Source of the DNA: Haliotis cracherodii
Taxonomy: Eukaryota
Direction: 5' to 3'
Length of the DNA stretch: 64,000 nucleotides
Assembly: GCF_022045235.1 (NCBI RefSeq)
Contig: NW_027266275.1
Location: forward strand, 73,036,001 to 73,100,000
Shown here: in pieces, positions 1-12,284 of the stretch
Layout: each line of letters starts with the position of its first letter
How positions within the stretch are numbered: the first letter of the stretch is position 1
Translations under genes and position numbers: made by a program
Notes under the pieces: generated by a model
Database searches by the model: none
Seen by the model: the letters and a program-made list of their open reading frames with translations, nothing else
Told to the model about the DNA's origin: nothing

Positions 1-62
1 ATTCCAGAATGTTCTTTTTATCAGTTTTAAATTTTTTAATCAAGAATACATCAAAATATGTT

Positions 63-290
63 TACAGGTAGGCTGGAAAGCCGTATATATACAGCTATAG
101 TGAGATTATAATGGTTACAGCTGTTATATGTTTGCTGTATATATACAGATATACATGTAGTGATATTGCCATGGTTACAGGTACGCTGGAAAGCCGTATA
201 TATACAGCTATAGTGAGATTATGATGGTTACAGCTGTTATATGTTTGCTGTATATATACAAATATAGTGAGATTGCCATGGTTACAGCTT
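63..290. repeat. Tandem duplication, ~113-bp unit x2
   Basis: tacaggta.gctggaaagccgtatatatacag... starts at 63 and 176. Confidence 0.85.
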
Positions 291-1194
291 GTAATGGTTG
301 CTGCATAGAAACAACAAAGTATCATGCTAACACCAAAGCATAACAAATTGATGTCCAGGAATAAATGTCCTGTTACATTGTGAGTATTTATGGTGGACAT
401 TAATACAGGTTAAGATACTGACAAAAAGATATCATCTCAAGCACCAAGATTTTCTATCTTAGATCGACATTAAGTGAACAGAAAAACAAGAAGCACAGGC
501 TTTTGACATGGCATTTTGTGTGTATCTTAAAGATTATGAATGATTATTTGGCATGGTAGTGTATGCTTGGCACCAATATTTCACATCTACCACTCTTTTA
601 TGTCTAAACTTAGTACTTGTATTGTTTTCAATTAGATAGTATTTGGGTATGAGAAGCTAGAATTGAAGCAATGGCCAAGATTCTCTCCTCAAGGCTGCAA
701 CACACTGTAATACCACCAGTGGCAGGTCCAGGGTGCTGATATTGTGTACTCTATGCCAAAGTCATCAAGTGAAACACCTTAGTTGACACCATCCCCGATT
801 ATCAAGTGCCTTATACATAAGTTCTATTACGATAAATATCCTGGACCAATTCACCACCACAGCGTATTTGAGAGTCTGGGTCAAATGACAACATGAAAAA
901 CAGATCTCAAATTATTGCAGTGTCCTTTCTTGGTTGACGCAAGCTGCCATATCACCCGGACTCCCCATGTCTCGTATTCCACCAGGAACCTAAAGCATGA
1001 GCTACCTCTAGGAAAACCTTTCACAAGCCAAATTATTTGAATTTTGAGAAGAGGCATTGTGATTGGTTATTCTTTTCAAGCTTATATGTGAGAGAAATTC
1101 TGTGCAAAGTTAGCGACAAGAACCCCAATATGGTGGTGTCACCTCTGAAACGAAGCTATGGTGTTCATTAAGTCCAGAGTGTTTATCCATGTTG

Positions 1195-1474
1195 GACCGC
1201 CTCCGTGGTCTAGTGGTAGAGTGGTAGATGGTACTTGTTGTTACCCTGTCTGGCGGTCGGCATTTAGGGGCTAAAACAAGGACTGGTCGGCTCGGAGTCA
1301 GTATACTGTGTCTGAGTGGGGTATTCATGTTAAACTGTGACATGGTATCTCAGTGACCTAGCACTATAAATCGGCATCAGTCCGGACTAGCACAAGCAGC
1401 CACACAAACACATACACGTTGCTATATAAGTGCATTAATCTTGGACCCAATTTAACCCCAATTTCACCTCACCT
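1195..1474 (+). mobile_element. V-SINE (RUDI-like, family B) with internal deletion of the B-box region
   Basis: V-core-like ggtcggctcggagtcagtatactgtgtctgagtgggg...cagtgacctagcactataaa; (CACCT)n tail; matches copies at 16482 and 26576. Confidence 0.85.
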
Positions 1475-2396
1475 TATCGACGTGGAATGGAGACACACTG
1501 GACAATTGAGGATGGGCTGACACATAAGAAACTGACACTGCTTCCTAATCCCCTGGCAGCATACACCCGCGTACCCCATGACACATCAAACTGAGGACTT
1601 ATGTACAGTTAAATAGCATGTCTCAGAATCCTTATCTAAAGTTGAGTATTATAATACAAACAATAACAGTTAACTGAAAAGTCCTGTTCACACTGCAAAC
1701 AGATTCCAGATGTGGACAACATGGTGATAAATTACCCTGAAGAACTGAAGGCAGCCAATACACTGTCAGTCAAATACATTAAGGCGATGGAGCATTTAAA
1801 CAGCTCATGTCCTTTGAAAAAAAGGAAAGGTTGATTGTACAAAATACTGTTAAAAGGACTTGTTCACCACGACTTAAACTCGACAAAACAATATATAGGT
1901 AAAAACAGACTTCTTTCTCTTTTTGTTTTGGCCAAACTGACATAATGATTTGTTTGATTATAACATACAATCTTGTATACAAGTTTAAGTACAGACACTT
2001 CATGTTTCAAAATGTTTCAATGGCTTGTATATATACATGGTGTAAAAATAGTCATGTATTCATCCAGATTCTACAAGAAAATATTGATACAAACAACTGT
2101 ATATAAAATGTCTGATTAACGCTGAAATCCTCACCTCAGAATTAATCAGATCAATATATTAACATTTCTCATCCAGGTAAAAATTAATAAATTCTCTAAC
2201 AACCATAAGAATGTAGTGTTGGAAATTAAGCGTGGTCCAGGGCTCCTGAGGTTTGCTGCTGTAGTATTTGAATCGAGGTACCTTCAAATCATCCCCCCTT
2301 ATCTTTAAGGCTATGGAAAGAACCCATTGACTCCCAAGCTTAATTTCGAACACTGAGAATGCATCACTGAGACGCCAGCTTATGGAGGGAGACAGG

Positions 2397-2501
2397 TCAC
2401 AGGTCCTCACGGCCAGCTTCAACAGGCTCAGGTATACGTAGATTGCGTCCTGGTTTCACCTTGAAGCTCTGCATCTCCGGATCAAATTCCAAATCCGACT
2501 C
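2397..2501 (-). CDS. Exon 5 (terminal; ends REDL-stop)
   Basis: Acceptor ttgtgttgtcag; ESDLEFDPEMQSFKVKPGRNLRIPEPVEAGREDL followed by TGA. Confidence 0.88.
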   Translation of the reverse strand, partial: ESDLEFDPEMQSFKVKPGRNLRIPEPVEAGREDL

Positions 2502-5500
2502 CTGACAACACAACAGTCACAAAATTAGTAAACTGATAATTTACATCAATGATCACACAAGTTGATCAAAATGTTTCCATCATTGTTTGACCAAGGTTTG
2601 GTCACTAACATGTTTTCCTTGATCAAAGGGTGTGGGATGACAAGGGCGCTCAAATACTTTGACTTTTAACACTTACTACATATTTAGCTATCCATGAAAC
2701 AATCTTAAACTACTTGCAAACACAGTAGAAGCCCATTAACCACCATCACCTGAAAGTTCCCAATACATTGAAATACCAGTTCACAGAGATTAGTGCCATG
2801 CCATGATCTACATGAGATCCAATAGTAACCAGTCTTTCGATTGTACATGTAAAACCTAGCACTGAATGACATAACAATGTTTCACAATAACATCAAAGAT
2901 GACCTTGACATAATTATTAATAAAACGCCAGCAACATTTGGTAGAATGTGTAAAATTTAAAGCTATACCTGTAGAAGTTACCATGCCTCAGAGTGAGTGA
3001 GTGAGTATGTTTTTCTGCCGCTTTGAGCAATATTCCAGCAATATCACAACAGGGGACACCAGAAATTGGCCTTACACATTGTACCCATGATGAGAATCGA
3101 ACCTGGGTCTTCGGCATGACGAGCGAACACTTTAACCCCTAGGCTACCCGACCGTCCACCATGACGCAGAAACTACCAATGATATAACCAAGTTCCATAC
3201 AAGTCTGAATACTAACATTAACCAATGACTTCCTTTGACCTCAACCTTCTCAAAGCAGGGCCTCCTACCACAGAAGGTGTACACAAAGTTTAATGACAAA
3301 CACATGAACACTTAACAGAGAATTGTAGCAATCTTGTGAGCATAACCTTTCATGTGGAATAAGTCCATTTTGGAAAATGTCAGTAACCTTGGCACCATAT
3401 TCAAGAGAAGATGATTAAACCAACACTAACCAGATGTTTGGGAAATCTTTTTTTGCCGGCAACGCCAACGCATGCCATGGAGAGGTCGATGCAAACTTGC
3501 TGCGACAGGTCGAGGTAGGTCGCCATGTAGGTGCGGCTGTAGTGGCCGACCAGGAGAGGCTCCAGGATGTCTTGATGCGTATCTGGAAGTCAACAGAGGG
3601 ACAACTGATCACATCCAACAGGTGTTACTGTAACCACATAACACATCTGATAGTTGTAACATTGGCATGATTACATGTCAAAGAGGTAGTTTGTGGATAA
3701 AGTTCCATGTAATACATAAAACATTCAACAGATTTAATTCTCATTTATGATATCATTTAGGGCTGGGACGGGTAACTCGGGTACCCGGGTCGGGTGGGTC
3801 CTGAGTAGGACCTTGGTACCCAAAGGACTACCCGAACCCGTTGTTTGTCACGTGATATATATTGTTTGATGACTAAAAATATCTAAAACTCTATGATTAC
3901 ACTATAAGTCCCTTATAAATATCCCATTTCTTTCTGACAATGCACCCATTCCTTCTGACTTTTATATGTTTGAATAAAGATAAAACTTCATACATTAAAC
4001 TTCAGGGTATGCATGAGCGGATCGTCTTACACGTGTATCTGAAATCATTTTGACAGGGCTAAGGTCAAACGTTTCCAAATCGGACAGTTTGTACCTATCT
4101 CTAAGTATCTACAGCGGGTACCCGGGTAGGGTCGGATAATAGGGTGGTGGGTACCCGGGTAGTAAATTTGGACCTGTCCCAGCCCTAATATCATTTGTAA
4201 AGCATTATAATTAAAAAAGATGATCACCATTTTATACCGAGGTTCGAGGCTGGTTTGGGTAGCCTAGAAGGATGTGTTCGCTCATCACACAGAAGGCCTG
4301 GCTTTGAACCCTTAAAAGGGTACAATGTGTAAACCCCATTTCTGGTGTCCCTCTCCATTTCTGGTGTCCCTCTCCGTAATATTTCTAAAAGTCTGCAAAG
4401 CTTGATAGAATGGTACATGTTATGTATTGTGAAATTCTCACCAGTTAAAAATTTGCAGGCCTTCAACAGACTGTCAGCAGAAACTTCCGCCCCACTGAAG
4501 TGATTCTTGTCACAAACAGCCTCAATGGCTTCAGCCACTTGAATGTCCAGTGTGTCGGATTCCGATCGGACTTTCAACAGATTGTCCAAAGCTGTCAAAC
4601 AAAATATCAGATAGATCACATTCATACTTCTGTTACAGCGATAAAGTATCGGTTAAAAAAATATTCAAATGAATGTGCAGGATGGTCATTCTACCAGTCA
4701 GTGATTGCCAATGTGGTATTAGATCTTTGGGATAAAATATTGTGAATTGTCATAAAATGATCAAAAACATATCTATACAATGTTCATGATGTACAAAAGT
4801 AATTCCTGGTTATTTATAATGATATAGTTTAGCTATTGACATGTTTCATAAAGAAGATGTGTTACCTTTCACTGTGTATTCACACCCTATACAGTAAATG
4901 TCTGAAACAAAAAGTAGAGAATTATACCAGAGTAAATAAACCATTTCCTTAATCATAAGAAATCTTAAAACCAGAGTCCATTTATCACTCCAACTATATC
5001 ATAAGCATGTGTTTATGAATCACAATCAAATAGTGATACCAGGTGTTCATGAAAGGTTACTGGTAGGCATATCCTCAGTGGCACCCATTACAAACAAATG
5101 CAAAGGCAAGTCAATTGTTCACAAAAATATAGATTGGGTCACATGGTACATGTCAAAATAGGAAATTGCATCGGATAAGTTTCACCGATGCATCAAATTT
5201 GGAGGGAGTGGGTGAGTATGGTTTTACGCCGCTTTTGGCAATATTCCAGCAATATCACGGGGGGGGGGGGGGGGACACCAGAAATAAGCTTTACACATTG
5301 TGTGCATGTCCGGAAAGGAACCCGGGTCTTCGGGATGAAGAGCGAACGCTTAAACCATTAGGCTACCCGACCGCCCCAATCAAATTAGGAAATGTCTTCC
5401 ACATGTGTACCATAGTTTAAAAAAAGTTTTGCTAAGGTCTTGAATGTTTTAACCCAAGTTAAAAAACTTATAAGTAACAAGTCATATGATATGCTCTTTG

Positions 5501-6332
5501 AAATCATGTGAGAAAGAGTATGATCAATAGCTAGTACTTCAAAAGTTGTGAAATGTACATCAAAGGCTGCTGGAATATTGCTCAACATAAAGGAAAAGTT
5601 GACTATTGGAAAGTTGAAGTCAACCCTCTTGTCATACAGTCTTGTGTAAAAAATTTTTCACTCTGAGCATAGATCTGAATATGAAACAGGTGAGGTGGTT
5701 TTACTGGTCTCGTTTATTTCTAGCTCAGGTGGGTAAATCAGTTCAAGCAAACTGGCTATTTGAATTCTCTTGTTTTGATTTTGCCAAGCAGAGATTCTGA
5801 CTCATATATGTGTATGCATGCAAAAAGAGATTAGCAAGGAGGGGGCACAATCGGTGCCCTTGGAATGCCTACTTCTTTCCTAAATGTCCTATCCCCACAT
5901 TTCACATAGATATTATCTGTGAGGAAGTCAAGCATTTAACATATTAATTTCTCAGTAAACATCAGATGACATTTGCTTTGAATTTTGACAATTTGTCCTG
6001 AAAAAAGTATGTTTAATAAATCTGTTTATACTTGTAGCCAGGGGTTAAGATTTGTAGATTAATCGAGGCAGGGGTTACGGGCGGAAGTTTTAGCTACACA
6101 CATAGCATATACGATCATGTTCACTGAAGCGTGTCGACTATCGAATTCTACACATATAGTGAATGATCCTGTACGGATATCAAAACGAAGTCCCCCTCCT
6201 GCAAATAGCACCCCAGTTGGCACCTTTAGGAATGTCCTTTGGCACAGATATCTCTTTGGCACCATGCGAGACACCTGACATGCATGTCACAATGAAGACA
6301 ATCCATACAGAACTAGAAAATGCCATTTTCAT
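2397..6332 (-). CDS. Spliced gene (5 coding exons: 6224-6332, 4866-4901, 4442-4591, 3431-3582, 2397-2501) encoding a ~183-aa ER-resident saposin-B-type protein (Canopy/MZB1-like architecture)
   Basis: All four introns are GT-AG and phases (1,1,1,0) join into one ORF: MKMAFSSSVWIVFIVTCMSGVSHGAKEISVPKDIPKDIYCIGCEYTVKALDNLLKVRSESDTLDIQVAEAIEAVCDKNHFSGAEVSADSLLKACKFLTDTHQDILEPLLVGHYSRTYMATYLDLSQQVCIDLSMACVGVAGKKRFPKHLESDLEFDPEMQSFKVKPGRNLRIPEPVEAGREDL*. Hydrophobic signal peptide, six mature-region Cys in saposin-like spacing, KDEL-type C-terminus. Confidence 0.9.
2990..3157 (-). mobile_element. SINE family A (intron 4 of the saposin-type gene)
   Basis: Matches other family A copies; (GAGT)n tail; degenerate TSD accatgcctcaga / accatgacgcaga. 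Confidence 0.9.
3431..3582 (-). CDS. Exon 4 of the saposin-type gene
   Basis: Acceptor ttgacttccag, donor CTG|GTTAGT; GC-rich third positions; encodes ...QVCIDLSMAC... Confidence 0.9.
3758..4187. mobile_element. hAT-type MITE in intron 3
   Basis: 12-bp TIR TAGGGCTGGGAC / GTCCCAGCCCTA, perfect 8-bp TSD ATATCATT (3750-3757, 4188-4195), subterminal GGGTACCCGGGT repeats. Confidence 0.93.
4250..4385 (+). mobile_element. Degenerate SINE family A fragment
   Basis: gggtagcctag...gttcgctcatcac...gggtacaatgtgtaaaccccatttctggtgtcc, with a small internal duplication. Confidence 0.75.
4442..4591 (-). CDS. Exon 3 of the saposin-type gene
   Basis: Acceptor ttttgtttgacag, donor ACTG|GTGAGA; lies within ORF 4224..4625. 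Confidence 0.9.
4866..4901 (-). CDS. Exon 2 (36-bp micro-exon, DIYCIGCEYTVK)
   Basis: Acceptor tctctactttttgtttcag, donor AAAG|GTAACA; supplies the CxxC pair needed for the saposin pattern. Confidence 0.88.
5204..5377 (-). mobile_element. SINE family A (intron 1)
   Basis: Full-length copy; TSD atcaaatttgga / atcaaattagga; internal poly-G run. Confidence 0.9.
5430..6010 (-). pseudogene. Penelope-like retroelement reverse-transcriptase fragment (intron 1)
   Basis: Frameshifted motifs FLTDNIYV, VGIP.GTDCAP.LANLFL, YPPELEINET, LYDKRVDFNFPIVNF.F..SNIP. Confidence 0.8.
6224..6332 (-). CDS. Exon 1 of the saposin-type gene (signal peptide)
   Basis: ATG AAA ATG GCA start (ATGs at 6332 and 6326), hydrophobic stretch VWIVFIVTCM, phase-1 donor AAAG|GTGCCA (weak consensus). 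Confidence 0.8.
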
Positions 6333-6339
6333 CGAATAA

Positions 6340-6425
6340 CTTGATTAGCAGGTTGAAGCGTCTCTTCGCCGGAAGTGTTGTCAGGTGCGCTAAGGGAGGT
6401 AACTGGAAGGTAACTGCAAGTCGCT
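6340..6425 (-). promoter_or_regulatory. Probable TATA-less promoter of the saposin-type gene
   Basis: ETS/GABP-type CCGGAAGT at 6369-6376, about 40 bp upstream of the ATG; local CpG enrichment; repeated GGTAACTG motif at about 6398-6416. Confidence 0.5.
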
Positions 6426-7764
6426 AGAAATAATTGATCCGTGTTAGGAAAAAGGGACTGTTTGTGGTATTATGGTTAGGGTGTTAGTTTGTTAATCGTG
6501 TCGCGTAACGAACGAATGAAGAAAGACATAGAATCTATATGACGTTCGCTGAAGGAAATTCATTGACCGCGCAACCATCGTTCTACAAAATAGTCCAGTC
6601 CAATTACGTATAAGGTGCAATCATTTTTAGATATATTATTGATGCTTCCTTCTCCTAAAATATATCATAAGATGCCATTTTACTATGTATTCCCTATTTT
6701 ATAATATCGTGTAATATACAAGTATATATGAATATCATACCATATCTAATGATATCACAAATACGATTTTGAAACGTAATTATATTATTTTGAAGATATT
6801 AAATATATGTATTGGTGATATCAATTATTCATTTCTTGATATCACTACATCGATTTATTAATGTCTAAATAAAAATATGATTTTTTATTTAAAAAAAAAT
6901 GAATTTATTATATTCAAGAAACGACTTATTGACATCATCATGTAGGGAATAGATGGTAAAACAGCGCCTCACATGCAACACACTCCAAACGACCAGATCG
7001 ACTGAAGCGGACATAAAATATCCCACTATATGTTGATACAGCAGAGAGCAGCTGGCGTGTGACTTCATCACGGCTAAACTACCATATGAAAACGCGTAGA
7101 TGTAGACGTGCAAATACCAGAACACACTACAAGAGGGACTAAGCTTGAGCTAATCAGTAAATCAGTTTAAATCAGGTCATTCAAACACCACTTTATTTGT
7201 CTGCTTACACAGGTTTATTGTCTTGATCACCTTGCAATAAATGACTACTCTAATTACAGAAACAATGTCTCAGTTCCACATAAGAAGCTAATAACAACGG
7301 CTAGACCTAGACAGGGCAGTAGACCCTGAAACATTGAAAGTGTTTCTAAGATTACAAGTTACATTAAACGTTTGGGATATACTCTTCTCTCCGCCACTAC
7401 TTACTGCTAGGCGTCACTGATCGCGCACCACGCCCACCGCTTGAGATATGCCAGTTTGACTGACGGTATCAAAAACCAATCTGCCCCACCCTCGCAACAA
7501 TAGAATGGCAGGTAGGCTGAAAACTGATAGGAAGTAAATCATTACAGGTGTATACCCGACACCCGCTGTCTCCATGATCGGACTATAGGTGGCGCTCGAA
7601 CACCCGGGGTGTCAACTCTATATCTACATATACATCTAGTAGAGCTTTATGGCTGTCCCGTCTCTTCTGCTTTAGTACTAGCATGTTAAGTAGACCCCGT
7701 GCAGGTATTTACCAGCTCTTGATATGTGACATTTATTGAACTCTAGATCTAGTTTATTGCTCAA

Positions 7765-10700
7765 TTCTACACACATTATGATACTATTTACCCCACTACA
7801 TTCGTCATCAGTCGCCCTTTTCCCTAACCTTCTTTCAACGGTTTGTCCTGGGATGATTCGGGTGGCTACGAATGTTTTGAGACAGTGTCGTCAGTGACAT
7901 ACTACTGACAACACTGAAATGTCCCCCTTCGGGACATTCACCAGACATAGAAGTGAGTCCTGGATTGCAGATAGAGTTAGTTTTATGTTGTCGGTATGGG
8001 TGATTCTTGGCAAATTTGGACGACCTAAAACGGTAACCACCTGATATTGTACTTGTCATCCACTCAAGGTATCCACTATGCATGGCCTGTTACTTAACTA
8101 ACCTTGTATTACAGTTGACAAGCGACGGCACGGGGACATGCAATGAATCGGATGGTCAGATAAAGAAGTAAACGGCAGCTATTCTGATCTGCAAATCGCA
8201 TGTCAGCTATTCTGATCTGCAAAAGATCTGTTAAAGAAGTAAACGGCAGCTATTCTGATCTGCAAATCGCATTGTCAGATAAAGAAGTTAACGGCAGCTA
8301 TTCTGATCTGCAAATCGCATGGTCAGTTAAAGAAGTAAACGGCAGCTATTCTGATCTGCAAATCGCATGGTCAGTTAAAGAAGTAAACGGCAGCTATTCT
8401 GATCTGCAAATCGCATGGTCAGTTAAAGAAGTAAACGGCAGCTATTCTGATCTGCAAATAGCATGGTCAGATAAAGACGTAAACGGCAGCTATTCTAAAA
8501 CTGTAAATAGCATGGCAAGGTTAAAGAAGTAAACGGCAGCTATTCTGATCTGCAAATCGCATGGCAGCTATTCTGATCTGCAAAAGATCTGTTAAAGAAG
8601 TAAACGGCAGCTATTCTGATCTGCAAATCGCATTGTCAGATAAAAAAGTAAACGGCAGCTATTCTGATCTGCAAATAGCATGGTCAGTTAAAGAAGTAAA
8701 CGGCAGCTATTCTTATCTGCAAATAGCATGGTCAGTTAAAGAAGTAAACGGCAGCTATTCTAAAACTGCAAACAGCATGGTCAGATAAAGAAGTAAACGG
8801 CAGCTATTCTGATCTGCAAATAGCATGGCTAGTTAAAGAAGTAAACGGCAGCTATTCTGATCTGCAAACAGCATGGTCAGATAAAGAAGTAAACGGCAGC
8901 TATTCTGAATTGCAAATCGCATCAGACAAGTTAGGAACAGGCAGTTAGTATGATCGGCAAATAGCATGGTCATTTAAAGACGTAAACGGCAGCTATTCTG
9001 ATCTGCAAATAGCATGGTCAGATAAAGAAGTAAACGGCAGCTATTCTGATCTGCAAATCGCATCAGACAAGTTAGGAACAGGCAGTTAGTATGTTCTTCA
9101 AAGCGCATGGTTAGACAATCAAGGAACCAGCAGCTGTTCTGATCTGCAAATCGCATGAGACAAGTTAGGAATAGGCAGTTAGTATGATCTTCAAAGCGCA
9201 TGGTTAGACAATAAAGGAACCAGCAGCTGTTCTGATCTGCAAATCGCATCAGACAAGTTAGGAACAGGCAGTTAGTATGATCTTCAAAGCACATGGTTAG
9301 ACAATCAAGGAACCAGCAACTGTTCTGATCTTCAAATCGCATCAGACAAGTTAGGAACAGGCAGCTAGTATGATCTTCAAAGCGCATGGTTAGACAATCA
9401 AGGAACTAGCAGCTGTTCTGATCTTCAAATCGCATCAGACAAGTTAGGAACAGGCAGTTAGTATGATCTTCTACACACATTATGATACTATTTACCCCAC
9501 TACATTCGTCATCAGTCGCCCTTTTCCCTAACCTTCTTTCAACGGTTTGTCCTGGGATGATTCGGGTGGCTACGAATGTTTTGAGACAGTGTCGTTAGTG
9601 CCATACTGCTGACAACACTGAAATGTCCCCCTTCGGGACATTCACCAGACATAGAAGTGAGTCCTGGATTGCAGATAGAGTTAGTTTTATGTTGTCGGTA
9701 TGGGTGATTCTTGGTAAATTTGGACGACCTAAAACGGTAACCACCTGATATTGTATTTGTCATCCACTCAAGGTATCCACTATGCATGGCCTGTTACTTA
9801 ACTAACCTTGTATTACAGTTGACAAGCGACGGCACGGGGACATGCAATGAATCGGATGGTCAGATAAAGAAGTAAACGGCAGCTATTCTGATCTGCAAAT
9901 CGCATGTCAGCTATTCTGATCTGCAAAAGATCTGTTAAAGAAGTAAACGGCAGCTATTCTGATCTGCAAATCGCATTGTCAGTTAAAGAAGTAAACGGCA
10001 GGTATTCTGATCTGCAAATCGCATGGTCAGTTAAAGAAGTAAACGGCAGCTATTCTGATCTGCAAATCGCATGGTCAGTTAAAGAAGTAAACGGCAGCTA
10101 TTCTGATGTGCAAATCGCATGGTCAGATAAAGAAGTAAACGGCAGCTATTCTGATCTGCAAATCGCATGGCAGCTATTCTGATCTGCAAAAGATCTGTTA
10201 AAGAAGTAAACGGCAGCTATTCTGATCTGCAAATCGCATGGCAGCTATTCTGATCTGCAAAAGATCTGTTAAAGAAGTAAACGGCAGCTATTCTGATCTG
10301 CAAATCGCATGGCAGCTATTCTGATCTGCAAAAGATCTGTTAAAGAAGTAAACGGCAGCTATTCTGATCTGCAAATCGCATTGTCAGTTAAATAAGTAAA
10401 CGGCAGGTATTCTGATCTGCAAATAGCATGGTCAATTAAAGAAGTAAACGGCAGGTATTCTGATCTACAAATAGCATGGTCAGTTAAAGAAGTAAACGGC
10501 AGCTATTCTGATCTGCAAATAGCATGGTCAGTTAAAGAAGTAAACGGCAGCTAATCTGATCTGCAAATCGCATGGTCAGTTAAAGAAGTAAACGGCAGCT
10601 ATTCTGATCTGCAAACAGCATGGTCAGATAGAGAAGTAAACGGCAGCTATTCTGATCTGCAAATCGCATCAGACAAGTTAGGAACAGGCAGTTAGTATGA

Positions 10701-10960
10701 TCTTCAAAGCGCATGGTTAGACAATCAAGGAACTAGCAGCTGTTCTGATCTTCAAATCGCATCAGACAAGTTAGGAACAGGCAGTTAGTATGATCTTCAA
10801 AGCGCATGGTTAGACAATCAAGGAACCAGCAGCTGTCCTGATCTTCAAATCGCATTAGACAAGTTAGGAACAGGCAGCTAGTATGATCTTCAAAGCGCAT
10901 GGTTAGACAATCAAGGAACCAGCAGCTGTTCTGACTTGCAAAGCGCATCAGACAAACAAG
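7765..10960. repeat. 1704-bp tandem duplication, each copy ~390 bp unique sequence plus 48-bp and 93-bp minisatellites
   Basis: Copy 2 starts at 9469; duplicate ORFs 7835/9539 and 8200/9904 are offset by 1704; TTC microhomology at the junction. Confidence 0.93.
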
Positions 10961-12048
10961 GGAACATTGGCCTTTGCTGCCCAGAATGCTTATCGTAAGG
11001 CAAACCAAGGTATCCCTGACCTATACACACACAACGTATTCGGGGTCTATTCTGCACTGCACCCACCAAGGGGAGGCAACTCTGGCATCTGGCGACAAAT
11101 CTGTCTGCCATCCTCGCGGGAGGTTCTGACAATACCCTTTGTCGTTGAGGACAGTCTAAAGCAGTGGGACTGACTGCTATTTCTCTGCTTGAGTCAACAG
11201 CTTACCGTGGTGGGGTCCTGTCAGGTAAACTCAACCTACCCTCTAGCAAACTGTAACATAAGAGAATGTTTACTGTAGATGCCTTCAGCAGATTTGTCTC
11301 TGATCATGGGGATTAGCAGTCTTCACGCCGTAAAGAGAATCCGAAAGGCAAAGAGGCCTTAGATGGCGGGCAAGTTAATCGGTGTAAATGTGGACGGTGG
11401 GATTCGGCTTAGAGTCTGGAAGACTCATGTAGATTCGAGTTTGTACACAGCGCCAGGTCGGAGGTGGCTTGACTGGCTGTGTATCGCGCGTCGGAGACAC
11501 CCACAACGGCGACATGAGACGCCTGCAGCACGCCCGTGTGGTCATCTGCCGCCACTGTGCCGCTACCGTCACTTCCACCCCTCAGTACATGACTGTCTCC
11601 ACACGCAGGGCACGTCCGAAAAACACCACAAGACCCCCGGGCGTCGGAGCCTATAGAAATACAACCTACGTATACAAACATCTCTACACAAGGTGCGAAA
11701 ATAACGATATTCTCAGTGTTCTTCTGCCTGGGGTCTGGGTGTCACCAGTACAGTTGTCTAGTAGGCCTCTAAAGTAAATGATCTGGCACCCAAGTTATGT
11801 ACATAACGTGAGCATGGAGCGCGTGCTGTTGGATGTAGCAATGTGTATTCCTCACAGCAAGGCTTAAAGCCGACAAAGGGTCATATTTTAAAGACAGAAC
11901 ACAATCCTCCTTGTTTGTTGTGCTGATCAGGTCAAACATGTCCGTCCTTCCAGTTGGTCTTATGCTGCAGAAACTTGTTATAACGTAACCCAATAACACG
12001 GGATGGAGTGAGACTGAACGTGAGAAACAATACCACAGAGGCAGGAAG

Positions 12049-12210
12049 AGTGAGTGAGTGAGTTTGGTTTTACGCCGCTTTTAGCAACATTCCTGCAATA
12101 TCACAGGAGGGGGGGGGGGGGGGGGGCAGAAATGGGCTTCACACATTGTACCCATGTCGGGGATCGAACTCGGCATGACGAGCGAACGCTTTAACCACTA
12201 GGCTACCCCA
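12049..12210 (-). mobile_element. SINE family A
   Basis: (GAGT)n tail, family A body, internal poly-G run. Confidence 0.9.
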
Positions 12211-12284
12211 ATGCCCAAGAGACAGGAAGAACTGGCACCACAGGGAATAAAACACATGAGAAGTACATTGCTCACCAGTAGTCT

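Noticed and set aside
4224-4625. 133-aa single-exon ORF
   Set aside because: Only 4442-4591 is exonic; the rest is intron and SINE read-through.
7620-11762. Helitron enclosing the duplication (TC start ~7623, CTAG|T at ~11758)
   Set aside because: The subterminal hairpin is weak and there is no second copy in the window to define the ends.
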